Source: Candidatus Latescibacterota bacterium (lineage in GTDB: Bacteria > Latescibacterota > CBDEFO01). From it: a stretch of 64,000 nt of DNA. Position numbers and translations under genes: made by a program. A model generated the notes under the pieces. It did not search any database. It saw nothing but the letters and a program-made list of their open reading frames with translations, and had not been told where the DNA came from. Shown piece by piece: positions 61,518 to 64,000 of this stretch. The stretch is from contig OZ252149.1 of NCBI GenBank assembly GCA_965248755.1, positions 2,912,001 to 2,976,000 on the forward strand, written 5' to 3'. Within the stretch, counting starts at the first letter, position 1, and every line of letters begins with the position of its first letter.

Positions 61518-62450
61518 ATGAAGAGACGCCTGAATGTCGTGGACTACAACATGGACTGGTGGCTCAAGGAGTACAATCTTAACGAGCGGGGGACCCCCGG
61601 AGGGGTGACGACGCCTGGCGTGCTGACGACCCCCGGAGGGGGGGTAACGCGAGAAGAAGCGATCGCCTACTGCGGCACGCTGGAAGTCGGCGGCATCGAA
61701 GTAATGCACGCCTACTGGCAGGACTGTGACCCTGAGTACGTCGTCGGGCTGGCGGAGGACGCCGGGATCCCTATCAGGACCTATATCTTCTCCTGTGACC
61801 TTGCCGTGCCGCCCGACGAGCGAGACCGTTCGGTGGATGAAGCAAAAGGGATGATAGATCGCGCTGTGGCGATGGGCGCCGGACTGGGAATGATCATACC
61901 AGGGTTCGCCAAGAGCCAGTTTCCCATCCAAGAGCAGGTTAAATGGATGGTTGAAGGCCTGTCGCTTTGCGCCGAATACGCCGGCAGATCGGGACTGACG
62001 CTGGCCTCGGAGAACGTAGACGCCCCGGCGTCCCGTCCTCTAATGGGCCGCAGCGACGAGTGTATTGCTATCTGCCAACAGGTCGGTTCGCCCCACTACC
62101 GCCTGATCTTTGACGCGGCGCCTGCCATTTACGTGGGGCAAGAGCCGGTTGAGGCGCTGCTGCAGATGCTTCCTTACGTGGTTCATGTCCATCTGAAGAA
62201 TATCATACGGGTTACAGACGGCCAAGAGTGGCAGCGCACCGTTCCGGACGAGCAGGGCTGCGTCTACCGCGGTGTGCTTCTGGATCAAGGCGTCGTAGAT
62301 CTCCCGGCGATTCTGAAGAAACTTCGGGAGCACGACTATCAAGGAGACTTTCTCATCGAATACCAGGGCGAAGAAGACCCGCGCAACGCGATGCTCCAGG
62401 ACGTCGCTTGTGCCAGGGATCTTCTCAAAGAGGCTGGATTTGCGGGCTGA
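61518..62450 (+). CDS. Sugar phosphate isomerase/epimerase
   Basis: LASEN, IFD, HVHLKN, GVVD, IEY. Confidence 0.82.
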   Translation: MKRRLNVVDYNMDWWLKEYNLNERGTPGGVTTPGVLTTPGGGVTREEAIAYCGTLEVGGIEVMHAYWQDCDPEYVVGLAEDAGIPIRTYIFSCDLAVPPDERDRSVDEAKGMIDRAVAMGAGLGMIIPGFAKSQFPIQEQVKWMVEGLSLCAEYAGRSGLTLASENVDAPASRPLMGRSDECIAICQQVGSPHYRLIFDAAPAIYVGQEPVEALLQMLPYVVHVHLKNIIRVTDGQEWQRTVPDEQGCVYRGVLLDQGVVDLPAILKKLREHDYQGDFLIEYQGEEDPRNAMLQDVACARDLLKEAGFAG

Positions 62451-62802
62451 ATACGACCGCAAGCGGAGTCCTGAAGGGCCGAATCAGTGTGTCTTTTGCT
62501 CTTGAAGGGGTGGGAACGGTTGTTATCTAAAATAGCGGGATCAGGGATGGAGACAGATGAAGACAAGCCAGCGCAAGATGGCTTCGCAATAGCCTTTGCG
62601 TATAGGTACTTAAGGACATTTAGCAGAGGGGGACTGCCACATTGTTTTGTGAGTCGATGGAGAGGTGTCTCCGATTGGAGGATTTAAACACAAAGAAAGT
62701 GATAATTCAGAGGAAAATACTATTTTAATTGAAAACAGTACTTGTTGAAAAATGTAAAAGTGGTAATATTCATTCACAAACAAGATTGTATCGAAATATA
62801 AC
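62224..62802 (+). repeat. Direct repeat copy 1 (>=580 bp)
   Basis: Matches 63420-64000. Confidence 0.92.
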
Positions 62803-62862
62803 CCCTCATGAATGTGATATGGGGAATGTCGGCTGAGTCCAACAGTTCACAGGATAAACCTT

Positions 62863-63339
62863 TTGACCTTCACAGTTGGTGCTTTCGCAATCATTTTCGA
62901 CACCTCTAGGCGCGTCTTACTGTGCCACCGCCGTGATATGGATGTATGGAACTTGCCTGGTGGCGCCCTCGAAAGCGGCGAGCTTCCATCAGAGGCAGTG
63001 GTGCGTGAAACGCAAGAGGAAACCGGACTGGTCGTGGAGATTGAGAAACTTGTCGGTGTCTACGGCAAGGAAGGCAAGGATGACATTGTATTTGCCTTCG
63101 CTTGCCGCATAGCTTCGGGAGACTTCTCCCCGACTGAAGAGGCCGATGACTGCACGTATTTCAACCTAGATGAGCTTCCTGTCAATACCATCCCCAGGCA
63201 AGTGGAGCGTATTCGCGATGCAGCTACCTCGCCTGCGGAACCGCTCTTCCGTCGTCAATCCGGTCCCTCAACAGCTGATCTTCTTAGGGCAATTGTTCCA
63301 GCGGGACCTGGGCGTCTTTCTTCGCCATCAGACGAATAG
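62863..63339 (+). CDS. NUDIX hydrolase
   Basis: Nudix box GGALESGELPSEAVVRETQEETGL. Confidence 0.9.
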   Translation: MTFTVGAFAIIFDTSRRVLLCHRRDMDVWNLPGGALESGELPSEAVVRETQEETGLVVEIEKLVGVYGKEGKDDIVFAFACRIASGDFSPTEEADDCTYFNLDELPVNTIPRQVERIRDAATSPAEPLFRRQSGPSTADLLRAIVPAGPGRLSSPSDE

Positions 63340-63419
63340 TAGCGAGAGCCCCCAATTGCTGCTTGCGCGGACTGGACGCCTCGTTCTCCCATTTGTAGAC
63401 AGTCTGGCCTGTGACGCCG

Positions 63420-64000
63420 AAGAGTGGCAGCGCACCGTTCCGGACGAGGAGGGCTGCGTCTACCGCGGTGTGCTTCTGGATCAAGGCGTCGTAGATCTCC
63501 CCGCGATTCTGAAGAAACTTCGGGAGCACGACTATCAAGGAGACTTTCTCATCGAATACCAGGGCGAAGAAGACCCGCGCAACGCGATGCTCCAGGACGT
63601 CGCTTGTGCCAGGGATCTTCTCAAAGAGGCTGGGTTTGCGGGCTGAATACGACCGCAAGCGGAGTCTTTAAGGGCTGGTTCAGTGTGTTTCTTGCTCTTG
63701 AAGGGGCGGGAACGGTTATTATCTAAAATAGCGGGATCAGGGATGGAGAGACAGATGAAGACAAGCCAGCGCAAGATGTCTTCGCAAGAGCCTGTACGTA
63801 TAGGTACTCAAGGACATTTAGCAGAGGGGGACTGCCACATTGTTTTGTGAGTCGATGGAGAGGTGTCTCCGATTGTAGGATTTAAACACAAAGAAAGTGA
63901 TAATTCAGAGGAAAATACTATTTTAATTGAAAACAGTACTTGTTGAAAAATGTAAAAGTGGTAATATTCATTCACAAACAAGATTGTATCGAAATATAAC
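63420..64000 (+). repeat. Direct repeat copy 2: orphan 3' end of the isomerase gene plus downstream region, runs off the window
   Basis: Near-identical to 62224-62802. Confidence 0.92.

Noticed and set aside
62820..63420. Integron cassette (attC) around the NUDIX gene
   Set aside because: No convincing RYYYAAC...GTTRRRY pair with L boxes by eye, and no integrase; an IntegronFinder run would settle it.
63170..63646. 158-aa ORF as a real gene
   Set aside because: Chimera of an out-of-frame NUDIX overlap and the duplicated isomerase tail.

Overview
Bacterial chromosomal window, probably from an uncultured FCB-group-like lineage (inferred from a Bat operon, a GldA/F/G-like ABC system and an AURKAIP1/bS22-type small ribosomal protein). 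Bases 1-12.6 kb are an IS-riddled accessory island (two IS3-family copies, IS256, an IS481-like element, IS1380) encoding secreted TPR, HEAT, Cys-rich and M15-peptidase-like proteins. The rest is mostly housekeeping (ispG, rdgB, tRNA-Arg, moxR-DUF58-gld-bat operon, HU, sppA, mreBC, purH, purC, crcB), interrupted by small GC-rich catabolic cassettes and a third IS3 copy. The most striking unexplained signal is a dispersed 21-bp imperfect palindrome, CCCCGATTGNNTCTATCGGGG, with about 20 copies. It sits inside IS transposases, inside REP-like hairpins, inside other copies of itself, and in frame inside an intact gene, so it behaves like a tiny mobile element. Also notable: an IS1380-derived MITE, a triply broken IS3 that has still spread, a 17-repeat TPR surface protein with a hypervariable helix, and a >580-bp duplication flanking a NUDIX gene. 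All calls come from reading the sequence by eye; no database searches were run.
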